The notes: a model not told the origin generated them from the sequence alone. DNA of 50,158 nt from Methanosarcinales archaeon (GCA_030611045.1 JAUWQN010000003.1:1-50158), one strand, 5' to 3'; shown: positions 8,221-18,279, counted from the first letter of the stretch. Numbers and translations: made by a program.

Positions 8221-9852
8221 TTAAAAGTGCATTCCTGTGTCTTCCTCTGGCATCTCTTCATATCCTGATACTAATATCTCCTCTGCTCTTCGCTGCACAA
8301 ACTTATCAAATCCTTCTTTTAAGTGCCCCATATTCACACCTATCTCCTCTATGTGCTTATATCGCTTAAGCAAATCCTCTACCTTCTTTCCCACGTCTAA
8401 TATCTCCGAAAAACCTTCTTTATCCCATACGTTCCTCAGCGCATCGTTGCTGATAGCACCTTTTTTCATCATCAGCATTGTCCGCTCCTCCAACGCCTTA
8501 TCTCTCGCATAACCAAATATCTGCGCGATGAACCGCCCGGTTATTGCATCCTCTCGCTTTATCCGCCCTATTTCTGTCTCAACGTACGTGTCACTATACA
8601 TGTAACGGACAATCTCTTCCACCAGATAGGTCCTCGCCTCTTCTTCTCCCCCTTTCTCCTTTATCAGGTAGCGGTCGAGCGGGATTTTTTTTGCGTAAAT
8701 CCGTGCGATGGAATAAGCAGCTTCTCTCTCTGGCTTCGAGACCTCGATTATCTTGTCAAATCGCGACCTAAATGCGGAATCTATAAGATGCAGCCGGTTT
8801 GTTGCACCGATTACAGTGAGGTGTGGATGCAGGGCGTAAAAACCATCTAAAATATCCAGTAGTTGTCCCGTAACTCTTTCCGGTGCACCGGACGACCCTG
8901 TGTACATACCTCTTTCTTGCGCTAAAGCATCTATCTCATCAAAGAAGATTACACCATAATCGTTCTCTCCCTCCTCTAATTTATCGTTCGCAGCCTTGAA
9001 CACCATCCTTACATTCTTCTCTGACTCGCCAAGCCACATGCTGAACAGCTCTCCGGCACCCACCTTTACAAATTCACAGTTGGGTAATGTAGATGCTAAT
9101 GCTTTTGCGCACATTGTCTTCCCACATCCAGGCGGACCGTACATCAGTATCCGGCGGGAACTTTCGCCATATTTAGAGTAATCCTCAGGATTTACCATCG
9201 GAAGAATAATGCTCTCTATCAAGTCCTGTTTCACTTCCTTCAAGCCACCGATATTATTAAAACTCACTTCAGGGCTCTTTGTGACTTCATAGCGAGAGTA
9301 CTCCTTTGCCGTATAACTTTTCTTTATATCAAGCGTACCGGGAAGGAGTCCTACCTTCATCCCCTCTTTTACCGTTTCCTTTTCTTCATCCCGCAGCCTT
9401 TTATATATCCTACCACGACCTTTTCCAGTGGATACTTCAACTATCCAGCCATCACCATCATCTTCCTTTCTCAGCTCCTCTACCTCTCCAACCTCTAAAT
9501 CAACCATCCGGTCATATATGTTGGTGATTCCTATGGTAAACCCACTGGGGTTATTCCTATCCGGGATGCGTCCTATGAACACGTACTTTCCCTCTTGTAG
9601 CTCCTCTATCTCCTTCTCAGTAAGCGTCCCGTAAGGTAAAGATTTTAATGCCCCGTTTAAATTCACGATGGCACCGTCGTTAAGTTTCTCAACCACGAAT
9701 CCGCAGTCTAATGGTGGTGCCCTTGATTTTGAAACAAGCTTCTCTAAATCCTCTTTATATGCTTCTGTCTCCTCGTATTTCCTTCTTAACCTTCGATAAT
9801 CGCTCTCTAACCGCTCATACTCGTATCTTGGAATATAATCCTCTTGTTCCAT
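8221..9852 (-). CDS. Proteasome-associated AAA+ ATPase, ARC/Mpa-like
   Basis: N-terminal coiled coil, two OB-like segments, F.NIGGL, Walker A GPPGCGKT, pore loop MWLGESE, Walker B FFDEID, IGATNR...D.AF..RFD and C-terminus TGMHF. First gene of the pafA/dop cluster. Confidence 0.85.
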   Translation of the reverse strand: MEQEDYIPRYEYERLESDYRRLRRKYEETEAYKEDLEKLVSKSRAPPLDCGFVVEKLNDGAIVNLNGALKSLPYGTLTEKEIEELQEGKYVFIGRIPDRNNPSGFTIGITNIYDRMVDLEVGEVEELRKEDDGDGWIVEVSTGKGRGRIYKRLRDEEKETVKEGMKVGLLPGTLDIKKSYTAKEYSRYEVTKSPEVSFNNIGGLKEVKQDLIESIILPMVNPEDYSKYGESSRRILMYGPPGCGKTMCAKALASTLPNCEFVKVGAGELFSMWLGESEKNVRMVFKAANDKLEEGENDYGVIFFDEIDALAQERGMYTGSSGAPERVTGQLLDILDGFYALHPHLTVIGATNRLHLIDSAFRSRFDKIIEVSKPEREAAYSIARIYAKKIPLDRYLIKEKGGEEEARTYLVEEIVRYMYSDTYVETEIGRIKREDAITGRFIAQIFGYARDKALEERTMLMMKKGAISNDALRNVWDKEGFSEILDVGKKVEDLLKRYKHIEEIGVNMGHLKEGFDKFVQRRAEEILVSGYEEMPEEDTGMHF

Positions 9853-9959
9853 ACTTATCTATTAAAGTGTATGTACTTGATTTTATAAAAATCCATTGCC
9901 TCTCCTCCATTTTTATATAATAATATTAAATATATATAGAGATATAAAGAGGATAGAGA
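9853..9959. promoter_or_regulatory. Divergent AT-rich promoter region between the ATPase operon and the PhoU-type regulator
   Basis: TATA-like TTTTATAAAA (about 9881) and TTTTATATAA...TAAATATATATA (about 9911-9938) between head-to-head genes. Confidence 0.5.
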
Positions 9960-10985
9960 ATGAAAGAGGAGAAGAGAAAAATACAACTCACCGGTGGTTC
10001 AACATTTACTATCTCGCTTCCTATAAAATGGGCACGAGAGGTGGGTGTAAGGCAGGGAGATGAGCTCTCGTTAATTCAACGTGGTGATAAATCACTCGTC
10101 TTAACCCCGTTGAAGGATAAAAAAGAGCAGATAAAATGCGCAGAACTCATTCTCTCGGAAAAAGAGAGCTTTGAGGGCAACTTCAGGTATCTTATCGCTC
10201 ATTACCTCGTTGGGTATGATGTTGTAAAGCTGTTATCGCCAGGCGGTTTTGAAGCTGAGGAGAGAAAGAGGATAAAGGCGGAAGTGAGGAAGCGGCTGAT
10301 AGGCATGGAGGTTGTTGGCGAATCGTCAAAGGAGATAGTGCTCAAAAGTTTCTTGAAATATGAGGACTTCACGCTCCAGGATGCGATACGGAGTATGTCC
10401 AAGATAATTTTATCAATGCACGAAGATACGATTTATGCACTTGAGAAAAGCGATCATAACCGTGCAAAGGATGTTATAGAGCGGGATAACGAGATAGATA
10501 GATTTTATTTGCTCATTGTTCGGCAGCTTAAGGCGGTGATAAGAGACCCAGAGCTTGCGAAGAAAATAGGGGAGAGCAGACAGCGAGATAGCCTGGGCTA
10601 CCGGATTATCGTGAAGAATATGGAGCGGATAGGTGATCATATCGAGAGCATAGCAAAGAATTCTATGATGATGAGCACACCGGTAGGGCTAAAAAGCATA
10701 AAAGAGCTCGGCACTCGCACGAGAACACTCTTTACCCAGACCTTAGCTTCCTTATCAAACAATGATATAGTAAAGGCGAATGAAGCGATAAGAGATGCAA
10801 ATGCGCTGGTTGATATGGTTGAAGAGATAGATGAGCGAATCTTAGCAGAGGAATGGAGTGTTACAGATAAGATACACGCTATTTCTATACTGGAGAGTTG
10901 GGGGCGAATAGCGAAGTATTGCGAGGATATAGCAGAGGTAACGATAAATCTTGGGATAGAGGGCGTAGAGGAATCAGAGTTTTAA
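9960..10985 (+). CDS. phoU: Phosphate uptake regulator (AbrB/MazE N-terminal domain plus two PhoU domains)
   Basis: RKIQLTGGSTFTISLPIKW, RDNEIDRFY and ERIGDH. Confidence 0.9.
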   Translation: MKEEKRKIQLTGGSTFTISLPIKWAREVGVRQGDELSLIQRGDKSLVLTPLKDKKEQIKCAELILSEKESFEGNFRYLIAHYLVGYDVVKLLSPGGFEAEERKRIKAEVRKRLIGMEVVGESSKEIVLKSFLKYEDFTLQDAIRSMSKIILSMHEDTIYALEKSDHNRAKDVIERDNEIDRFYLLIVRQLKAVIRDPELAKKIGESRQRDSLGYRIIVKNMERIGDHIESIAKNSMMMSTPVGLKSIKELGTRTRTLFTQTLASLSNNDIVKANEAIRDANALVDMVEEIDERILAEEWSVTDKIHAISILESWGRIAKYCEDIAEVTINLGIEGVEESEF

Positions 10986-11082
10986 GGACGAATCAAGATA
11001 ACGTTTAGGTAATTATGTATGACTGTAAGTATTTATTATTTAGATAGAAAGAAGAGGAGCTTGAGGTGCGTGCAGGAGATAG

Positions 11083-12420
11083 ATGTTAGGGAAGTTAAGC
11101 AGTTCGCTGAAGGAATCGATTCGGAAGATCGCAATGGCGAAGCGGATCGATAAGCATACGGTTGAGGAGTTAGTGCGCGACATACAGCGAGCTTTGATCC
11201 AGGCGGATGTTAAGATCTCATTGGTGAAGGAGCTTTCAGATCGCATACGAGCGCGGAGTTTAAAAGAGAAAGTGACGTTAAATCCGCGAGAACATGTGAT
11301 TAAGGTGGTCTACGAGGAGTTGATAAACATATTAGGGAAAGGTGTTGAAGTTCCTTTAGCGTCACAGAAGATAATGATGGTTGGGTTGCACGGTACGGGA
11401 AAGACCTCGTCGTGTGCGAAACTTGCGCGGTATTTCCAGAAGAAAGGCTTAAAACCCGCGGTTATCTGCGCTGATGTTTATAGGCCCGCAGCATCCGACC
11501 AGTTACGGCAATTGTGTGATAGCATCGACGTTCCCTTTTATGATGGTGCAAGTCTACCAGCAGGTAAGGGCGTGATGGATATAGTAAAAGCAGGCGTAGA
11601 AGGGTTTGAGAAGTACGATATTAAAATTATAGACACTGCAGGGCGGCATGCTCTGGAAGAAGAGATGATAGATGAGATACGTGATATAGAGAAGATGATA
11701 AGACCAGAGCAGCGGTTTCTTGTTCTGGATGCGAGCATAGGGCAGCAAGCATCGGTGCAAGCGCGCGCTTTTGATGATGCCGTTGGGATTACGGGCATTA
11801 TTATAACGAAGATGGACGGAACGGCTAAAGGTGGTGGAGCGCTTTCTGCGGTATCGGAGACGAATTCCGGCGTTGCATTTATCGGCACTGGTGAGAAGGT
11901 AGATGACATCGAGAAATTTGAAGCTGATCGGTTCATCTCCCGGTTGCTCGGGATGGGCGACATAAAGTCTCTGATAGAGATGGCCGAGGAGAGTTTAGAG
12001 GAGAAGGACGTGGATGCAGATATCTTGAAGGGTAAATTCACGTTAAATGATTTGTATAAGCAGTTAGAAGCGGTGAAGAAGATGGGGCCGTTTAAAAAGA
12101 TAATGCAAATGATGCCGTTAGGCGGATTTGGCGTTGATATTAATGACGAGATGTCTCAAATAACGGAGGATAAATTGGGGCAATTCAAGGTGATGATGGA
12201 TTCGATGACGGAGGAGGAGCTGAACGATCCAAAGATAATAGACGGCTCGCGGTTACGAAGAATAGCGCGTGGTTCGGGTACGAGAACTGCGGAAGTGAGC
12301 GCGCTGCTAAAATATCACCGGCTGATGCAGAAGATGATGAAACAGTTGGGTACTGGACGTGGGAAGATGCCGATGATGAAGGGGATGCAAATCGGTAAGA
12401 TGATGAAGATGATGAAATAA
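11083..12420 (+). CDS. srp54: Signal recognition particle protein SRP54
   Basis: ALIQADV, DTAGRH, TKMDGTAKGGGALSA and a Met-rich M domain with RIARGSG. Confidence 0.97.
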   Translation: MLGKLSSSLKESIRKIAMAKRIDKHTVEELVRDIQRALIQADVKISLVKELSDRIRARSLKEKVTLNPREHVIKVVYEELINILGKGVEVPLASQKIMMVGLHGTGKTSSCAKLARYFQKKGLKPAVICADVYRPAASDQLRQLCDSIDVPFYDGASLPAGKGVMDIVKAGVEGFEKYDIKIIDTAGRHALEEEMIDEIRDIEKMIRPEQRFLVLDASIGQQASVQARAFDDAVGITGIIITKMDGTAKGGGALSAVSETNSGVAFIGTGEKVDDIEKFEADRFISRLLGMGDIKSLIEMAEESLEEKDVDADILKGKFTLNDLYKQLEAVKKMGPFKKIMQMMPLGGFGVDINDEMSQITEDKLGQFKVMMDSMTEEELNDPKIIDGSRLRRIARGSGTRTAEVSALLKYHRLMQKMMKQLGTGRGKMPMMKGMQIGKMMKMMK

Positions 12421-12461
12421 GGGGCCAGACCCCCCCTTATCAACCCTCCCAACCCAAAAAG
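12415..12461 (+). repeat. Dispersed small repeat, copy 1 (AAATAAGGGGCCAGACC...CTTATCAACCCTCCC)
   Basis: The same sequence recurs at 48441-48520 and partly at 49121-49134. Confidence 0.75.
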
Positions 12462-12515
12462 AAAAGTTTTTGAAATACCACAATTTTTCAATCTGCACTT
12501 TGCATTTTGCAATTA

Positions 12516-13493
12516 CTACACTACCGTCACGTCACCCACTGTTATCCCTTTCTCTTTTGGCACGACTTCACCCACGATTTTGCCCTTTGTTATACGAAGT
12601 GCTTCCTGCTCCTCGCTCTCTGGAATGACCACTGCGAAACCCATCCCCATATTGAACGTCTTATACATCTCTTCGTCAGTGATGTTCCCTTTCTCCTGAA
12701 GGAACGTGAATATCTCATTTGGCGCGAGCGGATTGTTGATATCAAAGCCGAAGTCGGTGATTCTTCCCAGCTTTAAAAACCCGCTGCCGGTGATATGCGC
12801 CAAGCCGTGTACTTCACAACGCTTCAAAATCTCTAAAACCTCCGTATAAATCCTCGTTGGCGTGAGTAGCTCTTCACCTATGCTTCTCTCCGAAGTGAAA
12901 GGTGTGTTATAATCCAATCCCGCATCTTCTATTACTTTACGCGCCAGTGTTAACCCATTGCTGTGTACTCCTGAACTCTTCATGCCCAGAACCAGGTCAC
13001 CGGCCTCTATCTTTTCGCCTCGTATCACTTTATCCTTACTCACGTAGCCGACACAAGTTCCAGAGAGGTCTAAATCGTTTACTACCTCTGGCAGTATCGC
13101 CGTTTCACCGCTCACTATATTCATATCAGCAATCTCCGCACCTGCTTCCAAGCCCTTGCCCACCTCCGCAGCAATCCGCTCGTCAGGCTTCTCCATTGCG
13201 AGATAATCAACAAAAGCAAGCGGGGTTGCACCCACGCAGTAAATATCGTTCACGTTCATCGCAATGCAGTCTATACCGATGGTATCCCATTTGTCGAGCT
13301 TTGCGGCGATGAGCACTTTCGAGCCAACGCCATCGGTGGAGATCGCGAGTAGATGCTGTGGATCAAACGGGAGTTCGAAGAGCCCACAAAAACCTCGTAA
13401 ATCCTTCTGCCGCTTTATCACGCCCGAAATCGCTTTTACCACACCATGTTCCTTTTTTATGTCCACGCCCGCCTTTGCGTATGTCCAGTGCAT
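12516..13493 (-). CDS. purM: Phosphoribosylformylglycinamidine cyclo-ligase
   Basis: TYAKAGVDI, TDGVGSK, SSGVHSNG, ELLTPTRIY and TFNMGMG. ATG at 13493 preferred. Confidence 0.95.
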   Translation of the reverse strand: MHWTYAKAGVDIKKEHGVVKAISGVIKRQKDLRGFCGLFELPFDPQHLLAISTDGVGSKVLIAAKLDKWDTIGIDCIAMNVNDIYCVGATPLAFVDYLAMEKPDERIAAEVGKGLEAGAEIADMNIVSGETAILPEVVNDLDLSGTCVGYVSKDKVIRGEKIEAGDLVLGMKSSGVHSNGLTLARKVIEDAGLDYNTPFTSERSIGEELLTPTRIYTEVLEILKRCEVHGLAHITGSGFLKLGRITDFGFDINNPLAPNEIFTFLQEKGNITDEEMYKTFNMGMGFAVVIPESEEQEALRITKGKIVGEVVPKEKGITVGDVTVV

Positions 13494-13575
13494 AGATGGC
13501 ATATAAGAGCTAAATGGTTCTAATAAGTTAAAGGTTGTGTTAATCCAAATCAACGCGATTCTTCAGGTATGAAAT

Positions 13576-14727
13576 CTATCTCACACATGCTTTTATACGC
13601 TCGACATTCTTCATCGCATCAGCAAATGCACTCGCTCTACTCTCGCCAACGCCTATCGCGGTGGCTATAGGCTCTCCTGGCTTCACTATTCTGCCTTTTT
13701 CCGGAATATCAACGATTCCTGCTCTATCTCGGGATAAATCCGGATTTTTCATCACCACTCCTTCTTGCTTTGCAAATACAATCGCCTTTACCGCATACCG
13801 TTTCGCCGCTACTGGCTCTGGCAACTCCCCTCTAACCGCTTTCACGTGCGCATCAATTAAATTTAAACCTGTAGAACGCTCCACTGTGTCCAAGCTGCCT
13901 TGCAGCCGTGCATTCACTTCTATCACGACCGGGCCGTCGTCAGTAATAACAAAATCAACGCCGTTCGAGCCTAACAAACCTAATTCACTTGTTAATTCCT
14001 CTGCAAGCGCGCACACACGATCAGAAAATTTGGTGACAAACGGGGAGATGTTCCCGCAATAAACAAAAGGTCCGGGTGCAGAAAGGGAATCCATGCCTAA
14101 CAACTGTTCATTCAGACAGACCGTCATTGCCGCTCTTTTTGTAGAAATTGTAGATACAGAAGCATGTTTCCCTTTTATATATTCCTGATACAAGAACTCC
14201 GGTAGTTGTGTAGCCCAGCGAATCAACTCCGTTTCGTTGTGGCAAAAGAAATTGGCGGTTCCTCCACCGCCAAAAGCGGGCTTCGCTACCACGGGATAAT
14301 GGAGCGGTATGCGCTCTCCCTCGGCTATCATTTCTGCTAACGCTCTACCGGTATAGGTGAGTGGATGCGGGATACCTAAATCGTCTAATTGCGATGACAG
14401 CCACGCTTTATTCGATATTTCTTTCGTCTTCTCCGGTGCGTTCCCTAATATCTTTCTCCTGTCTTCTGCGGTTAAAAAATCGAAATCAGCGCTCTCGAAC
14501 CCTGACCCGATAATCAGACCGTCTACCTTATCTATCTCGTTTTTAAGGGTTTTGAGTTCAGCGTGAAGCTGAAGCGGGTCTAATGGATAATATTCGCGGG
14601 CACATCGTTTCGTATCAAGATCGCCAAATGCGTCAGCGGCATACATCTCGTAACCTGCTCTACTGCCCGAACATACTATATGCCTGACGGAATATCCTAT
14701 TGCCAATATTTTGTGTATCTCGTGCAT
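13576..14727 (-). CDS. ATP-grasp domain protein (COG2232-like, often linked to archaeal C1-cofactor metabolism)
   Basis: DAFGDLDT, KPAFGGGG, QEYIKG, YCGNISP, GSNGVDF and IEVNARLQG. Confidence 0.8.
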   Translation of the reverse strand: MHEIHKILAIGYSVRHIVCSGSRAGYEMYAADAFGDLDTKRCAREYYPLDPLQLHAELKTLKNEIDKVDGLIIGSGFESADFDFLTAEDRRKILGNAPEKTKEISNKAWLSSQLDDLGIPHPLTYTGRALAEMIAEGERIPLHYPVVAKPAFGGGGTANFFCHNETELIRWATQLPEFLYQEYIKGKHASVSTISTKRAAMTVCLNEQLLGMDSLSAPGPFVYCGNISPFVTKFSDRVCALAEELTSELGLLGSNGVDFVITDDGPVVIEVNARLQGSLDTVERSTGLNLIDAHVKAVRGELPEPVAAKRYAVKAIVFAKQEGVVMKNPDLSRDRAGIVDIPEKGRIVKPGEPIATAIGVGESRASAFADAMKNVERIKACVR

Positions 14728-14882
14728 TGTGGTGTGCCCTCTCTTTTTGTTTGTGTGTGGTCAAAAGAATAAGTGAGAACATAAGTAAAAAACAAAGGCT
14801 ATTTAGAGGGATATAAACATTATATCTTCGTACCACGTAACATAGACGGTCCAATCGATAGATAAATGGATGGTGATAGGGT

Positions 14883-17800
14883 ATGCTGTATTTCAAAAGA
14901 GAAACGCAAAAAGCAGATTTTGCAAAGCTGGAAGAAGAGATATTAGAGCTATGGGATAGAGAAAAGACTTTTGAGCGCAGCGTAGACCAGAGAGATGGCT
15001 GTGACAAGTTCGTCTTCGTCGAAGGGCCGCCAACTGCAAATGGGCTACCTCATCCCGGGCATATTCTTACACGGGTTGTAAAAGACCTCGTGCTGAGATA
15101 CAAAACGATGCGGGGCTTCTATGTGCGAAGAAAAGCTGGCTGGGACACACACGGTCTGCCGGTGGAGATAGAAGTGGAGAAGGATCTGGGGATCAGTAGC
15201 AAGCAGGAGATAGAGAAATACGGGATAGAGAAATTCAATCAGAAATGTAAAGACTCGGTTTTCAGATATGAGAAAGAATGGGTGAATGCCACTAAGCGTG
15301 TGGGATTCTGGATAGATATGGACGACCCGTACATTACGTTTAAGAACGATTATATCGAATCGGTTTGGTGGTCGTTAAAAGAGATCTGGAACAGGGGCTT
15401 ACTTTATAAAGGTCATAAAGTTGTTCCTTTTTGCCCTCGATGTGAAACCACGCTGAGCAGCCATGAAGTCGCACAGGGTTATCAAGATGTGGAAGACCCT
15501 TCGATATATGTGAAGTTCAAAGTGAAGCAAGAGAATGATGAGTCGGAACCGCTCTACTTGTTAGCCTGGACAACGACGCCCTGGACTCTACTGGGCAATA
15601 TCGCACTCGCGGTTCATCCGTCGCACACCTATGTAAAGGTACGAGTTAGCGTAAAGGATGAAGACAGAGTTAAAGAAAATGTTCTAATCCTTGCTGAAGC
15701 GCGTTTGGACGTTTTAGAAGGCGAATACGAAATAATAGAACGATTTAAAGGCAAAGATCTGGAGGATTTGAAGTATGAACCGCTCTTTGACTTTGCAAAG
15801 ATAGAGGGTGGTGAAGCGCATAAAGTAATCACCGCGGATTTCGTCACTCTCGACGAGGGCACGGGCATCGTTCATACCGCACCCGCATTTGGAGAAGTGG
15901 ATTACGAGGTATGCAGGGAGAAGAAGCTGGGGTTTTCACAGCCCGTGAGTATAGACGGGCATTTCACAGATGAGGTCCCGCCACTGGAAGGCATGTTCGT
16001 GAAGGACGCTGATAGGCTTATAATAGACATGCTGACGCAGCGTGGCATCTTATACAAAGAAGAAAGGTATTTACACTCGTATCCGTTCTGCTGGCGCTGC
16101 GGTTCGCCTCTTTTGTATTACGCACGGGAATCGTGGTTCATCGCAATGAAATCGCTCCGTGATAATTTGCTTGCTAATAATGAACAAATAAACTGGTACC
16201 CGGAATATTTGAAATACGGCAGATTTGGTAACTTCCTGGAGGATATTGAAGATTGGGCGCTTAGCAGAGAGCGATTCTGGGGCACTCCGTTGAATATATG
16301 GTTATGCAACGATTGTGGGCAGGGACATTGCGTGGGTAGTATAAAGGAATTACAGGAAAAGGCGAAGAACTCTGTTCCCAGCGATATTGACCTGCACAGA
16401 CCTTATATTGACGACGTGGTGCTGGAGTGCGATTCCTGCAGCGGAGATATGCAGCGTGTAAAGGACGTGATCGACTGCTGGTACGATTCGGGCTCTGCGC
16501 CGTTTGCACAATGGCACTACCCATTTGAGGTGGAGGAGTTCAGGCAGAACTTCCCCGCTCATTTTATCACCGAAGCGATAGACCAGACGCGGGGATGGTT
16601 CTATTCTCTTCTTGGTGTTTCAACTGCGATCTTTGATGCACCACCATATCTCAACGTGCTTTCGCTCGGTCATATACTGGATGAGAAAGGCGTGAAGATG
16701 AGTAAGAGCAAGGGAAACGTAGTTGACATGAATACTCTATTTGATACTGAAGCAGCAGATGCATTGCGATGGTATCTCTTTACCGCAGGTCCTTTAACAG
16801 ATGACATACGGTTCTCAGCGCAGGCGATACGGGAGAAGCAGAAGAAGTTCTTGAATACACTCTGGAACTCTTATTTCTTCTTCGTTACTTACGCCACCAT
16901 AGACCAGTTCAGTCCGAACGAGAAGAGCATCCCCGTAGAGCAGCGGAATGCAATAGATCGGTGGCTTATATCGCGGTTGAACACACTCACGAAGGACGTA
17001 ATTGATGCCCTTGAACGGTTCGAACTTCATGTTGCATCGCGGAAAATAGAAGAGTTCACCATTAACGACTTGAGCAACTGGTATATACGGCGGTCAAGGA
17101 GGCGGTTCTGGATTGTCGAGGAGAACTTTGATAAGGATTGTGCATATTTAACGCTGTACGAGGTTCTTGTTTCTCTCTGCAAACTACTCGCTCCTTTTGT
17201 GCCTTTCGTTACAGAACACATCTATCAGAATCTTGTGCGGGGTGTATTAGAAGACGAGCGTGATAGTGTGCATCTTTGCGACTATCCTTCTCCTGATGAA
17301 TCGCTTATAGCGGTTGAATTAGAGGGCTCGATGGAGCTGATTTCCAAATTGGTAGATGCTGGTAGACGGGCGAGGTCAGATGCAGGGATAAAGATACGGC
17401 AGCCACTAAAAGAAGTTGTCGTTACGTGTGGTAAGGACAAGCGAGAGAAAGCGGAACGTATGGCAGGGATATTGAAGGACGAGGTGAACGTGAAGGAAGT
17501 GAAATTTGGAGATGCGTCTGAGGGTATTGCAGATTTGCTCGAGGGAGAGCTTGCTAATTATAAGCGTGCGGAAGTGGATGAAGAGACCTGCTTGTTTTTG
17601 GACTGTTGCCCGAGCAAGACTCTTATAGAAGAAGGGTTGGTGAGAGACATTGTGAGAAGGACACAAGGTATGAGAAAGGACCTTGACCTGGAATATACCG
17701 AGAAGATAGAGATTATGTACGCATGTGACGAGGAGGTAAAAGAAGCGATACAGAACTTCTCGGATTATATCTGTAATGAGACGCTTGCCGTCAGTATAGA

Positions 17801-17960
17801 AGAGGGAGAAGAAGGAACGCCACCGAGTTCCGCAGAGGACGCAAAGAGCGGGCATATTTACGAGAAGAGATGGAAAATAGGCGACAAGGATGTTTACCTT
17901 GCAATTAAACCGATTTTGTCTGTAGAACGAGATAAGAATATCTCGAAGAGAGAAAAATAG
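14883..17960 (+). CDS. ileS: Isoleucine--tRNA ligase
   Basis: EGPPTANGLPHPGH, GWDTHGLP, WTTTPWTL, DQTRGWF and KMSKS. Confidence 0.98.
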   Translation: MLYFKRETQKADFAKLEEEILELWDREKTFERSVDQRDGCDKFVFVEGPPTANGLPHPGHILTRVVKDLVLRYKTMRGFYVRRKAGWDTHGLPVEIEVEKDLGISSKQEIEKYGIEKFNQKCKDSVFRYEKEWVNATKRVGFWIDMDDPYITFKNDYIESVWWSLKEIWNRGLLYKGHKVVPFCPRCETTLSSHEVAQGYQDVEDPSIYVKFKVKQENDESEPLYLLAWTTTPWTLLGNIALAVHPSHTYVKVRVSVKDEDRVKENVLILAEARLDVLEGEYEIIERFKGKDLEDLKYEPLFDFAKIEGGEAHKVITADFVTLDEGTGIVHTAPAFGEVDYEVCREKKLGFSQPVSIDGHFTDEVPPLEGMFVKDADRLIIDMLTQRGILYKEERYLHSYPFCWRCGSPLLYYARESWFIAMKSLRDNLLANNEQINWYPEYLKYGRFGNFLEDIEDWALSRERFWGTPLNIWLCNDCGQGHCVGSIKELQEKAKNSVPSDIDLHRPYIDDVVLECDSCSGDMQRVKDVIDCWYDSGSAPFAQWHYPFEVEEFRQNFPAHFITEAIDQTRGWFYSLLGVSTAIFDAPPYLNVLSLGHILDEKGVKMSKSKGNVVDMNTLFDTEAADALRWYLFTAGPLTDDIRFSAQAIREKQKKFLNTLWNSYFFFVTYATIDQFSPNEKSIPVEQRNAIDRWLISRLNTLTKDVIDALERFELHVASRKIEEFTINDLSNWYIRRSRRRFWIVEENFDKDCAYLTLYEVLVSLCKLLAPFVPFVTEHIYQNLVRGVLEDERDSVHLCDYPSPDESLIAVELEGSMELISKLVDAGRRARSDAGIKIRQPLKEVVVTCGKDKREKAERMAGILKDEVNVKEVKFGDASEGIADLLEGELANYKRAEVDEETCLFLDCCPSKTLIEEGLVRDIVRRTQGMRKDLDLEYTEKIEIMYACDEEVKEAIQNFSDYICNETLAVSIEEGEEGTPPSSAEDAKSGHIYEKRWKIGDKDVYLAIKPILSVERDKNISKREK

Positions 17961-18024
17961 CAATTTATATATATGACAAAAAAAGAGGAATGGAATAAAA
18001 AACTAAAAAGGTGATGAAAAAGAA

Positions 18025-18216
18025 ATGCCAACAGTAGTAGATGAAGAGAAGTGTGATGGATGTGGGACTTGTGTAGAGGAATGCGCGGTGGAGTGCATAA
18101 CCTTAGAGGGCGACGAGGACAACAAAAAAGCGAAAATCAATCAAGAGGAGTGCACTGATTGCGAGACCTGCATAGACGTATGCGAGCAGGGCGCGATCAG
18201 CATGGTAGAGGAATAG
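18025..18216 (+). CDS. 2[4Fe-4S] ferredoxin
   Basis: Two CxxCxxCxxxC motifs in an acidic 63-aa protein; GGTGA RBS. Confidence 0.93.
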   Translation: MPTVVDEEKCDGCGTCVEECAVECITLEGDEDNKKAKINQEECTDCETCIDVCEQGAISMVEE

Positions 18217-18279
18217 TAAACACACCTCTCGAGAAGACCGCTGGATAAACCTCAAATAGTAAGGTAAGGGGATGAAGAC

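Noticed and set aside
8221-9852. Calling the ATPase ordinary PAN or Cdc48
   Set aside because: It has a single AAA domain, is longer than PAN with two OB-like segments, has the FFDE Walker B typical of ARC, and is in an operon with pafA/dop-like genes.
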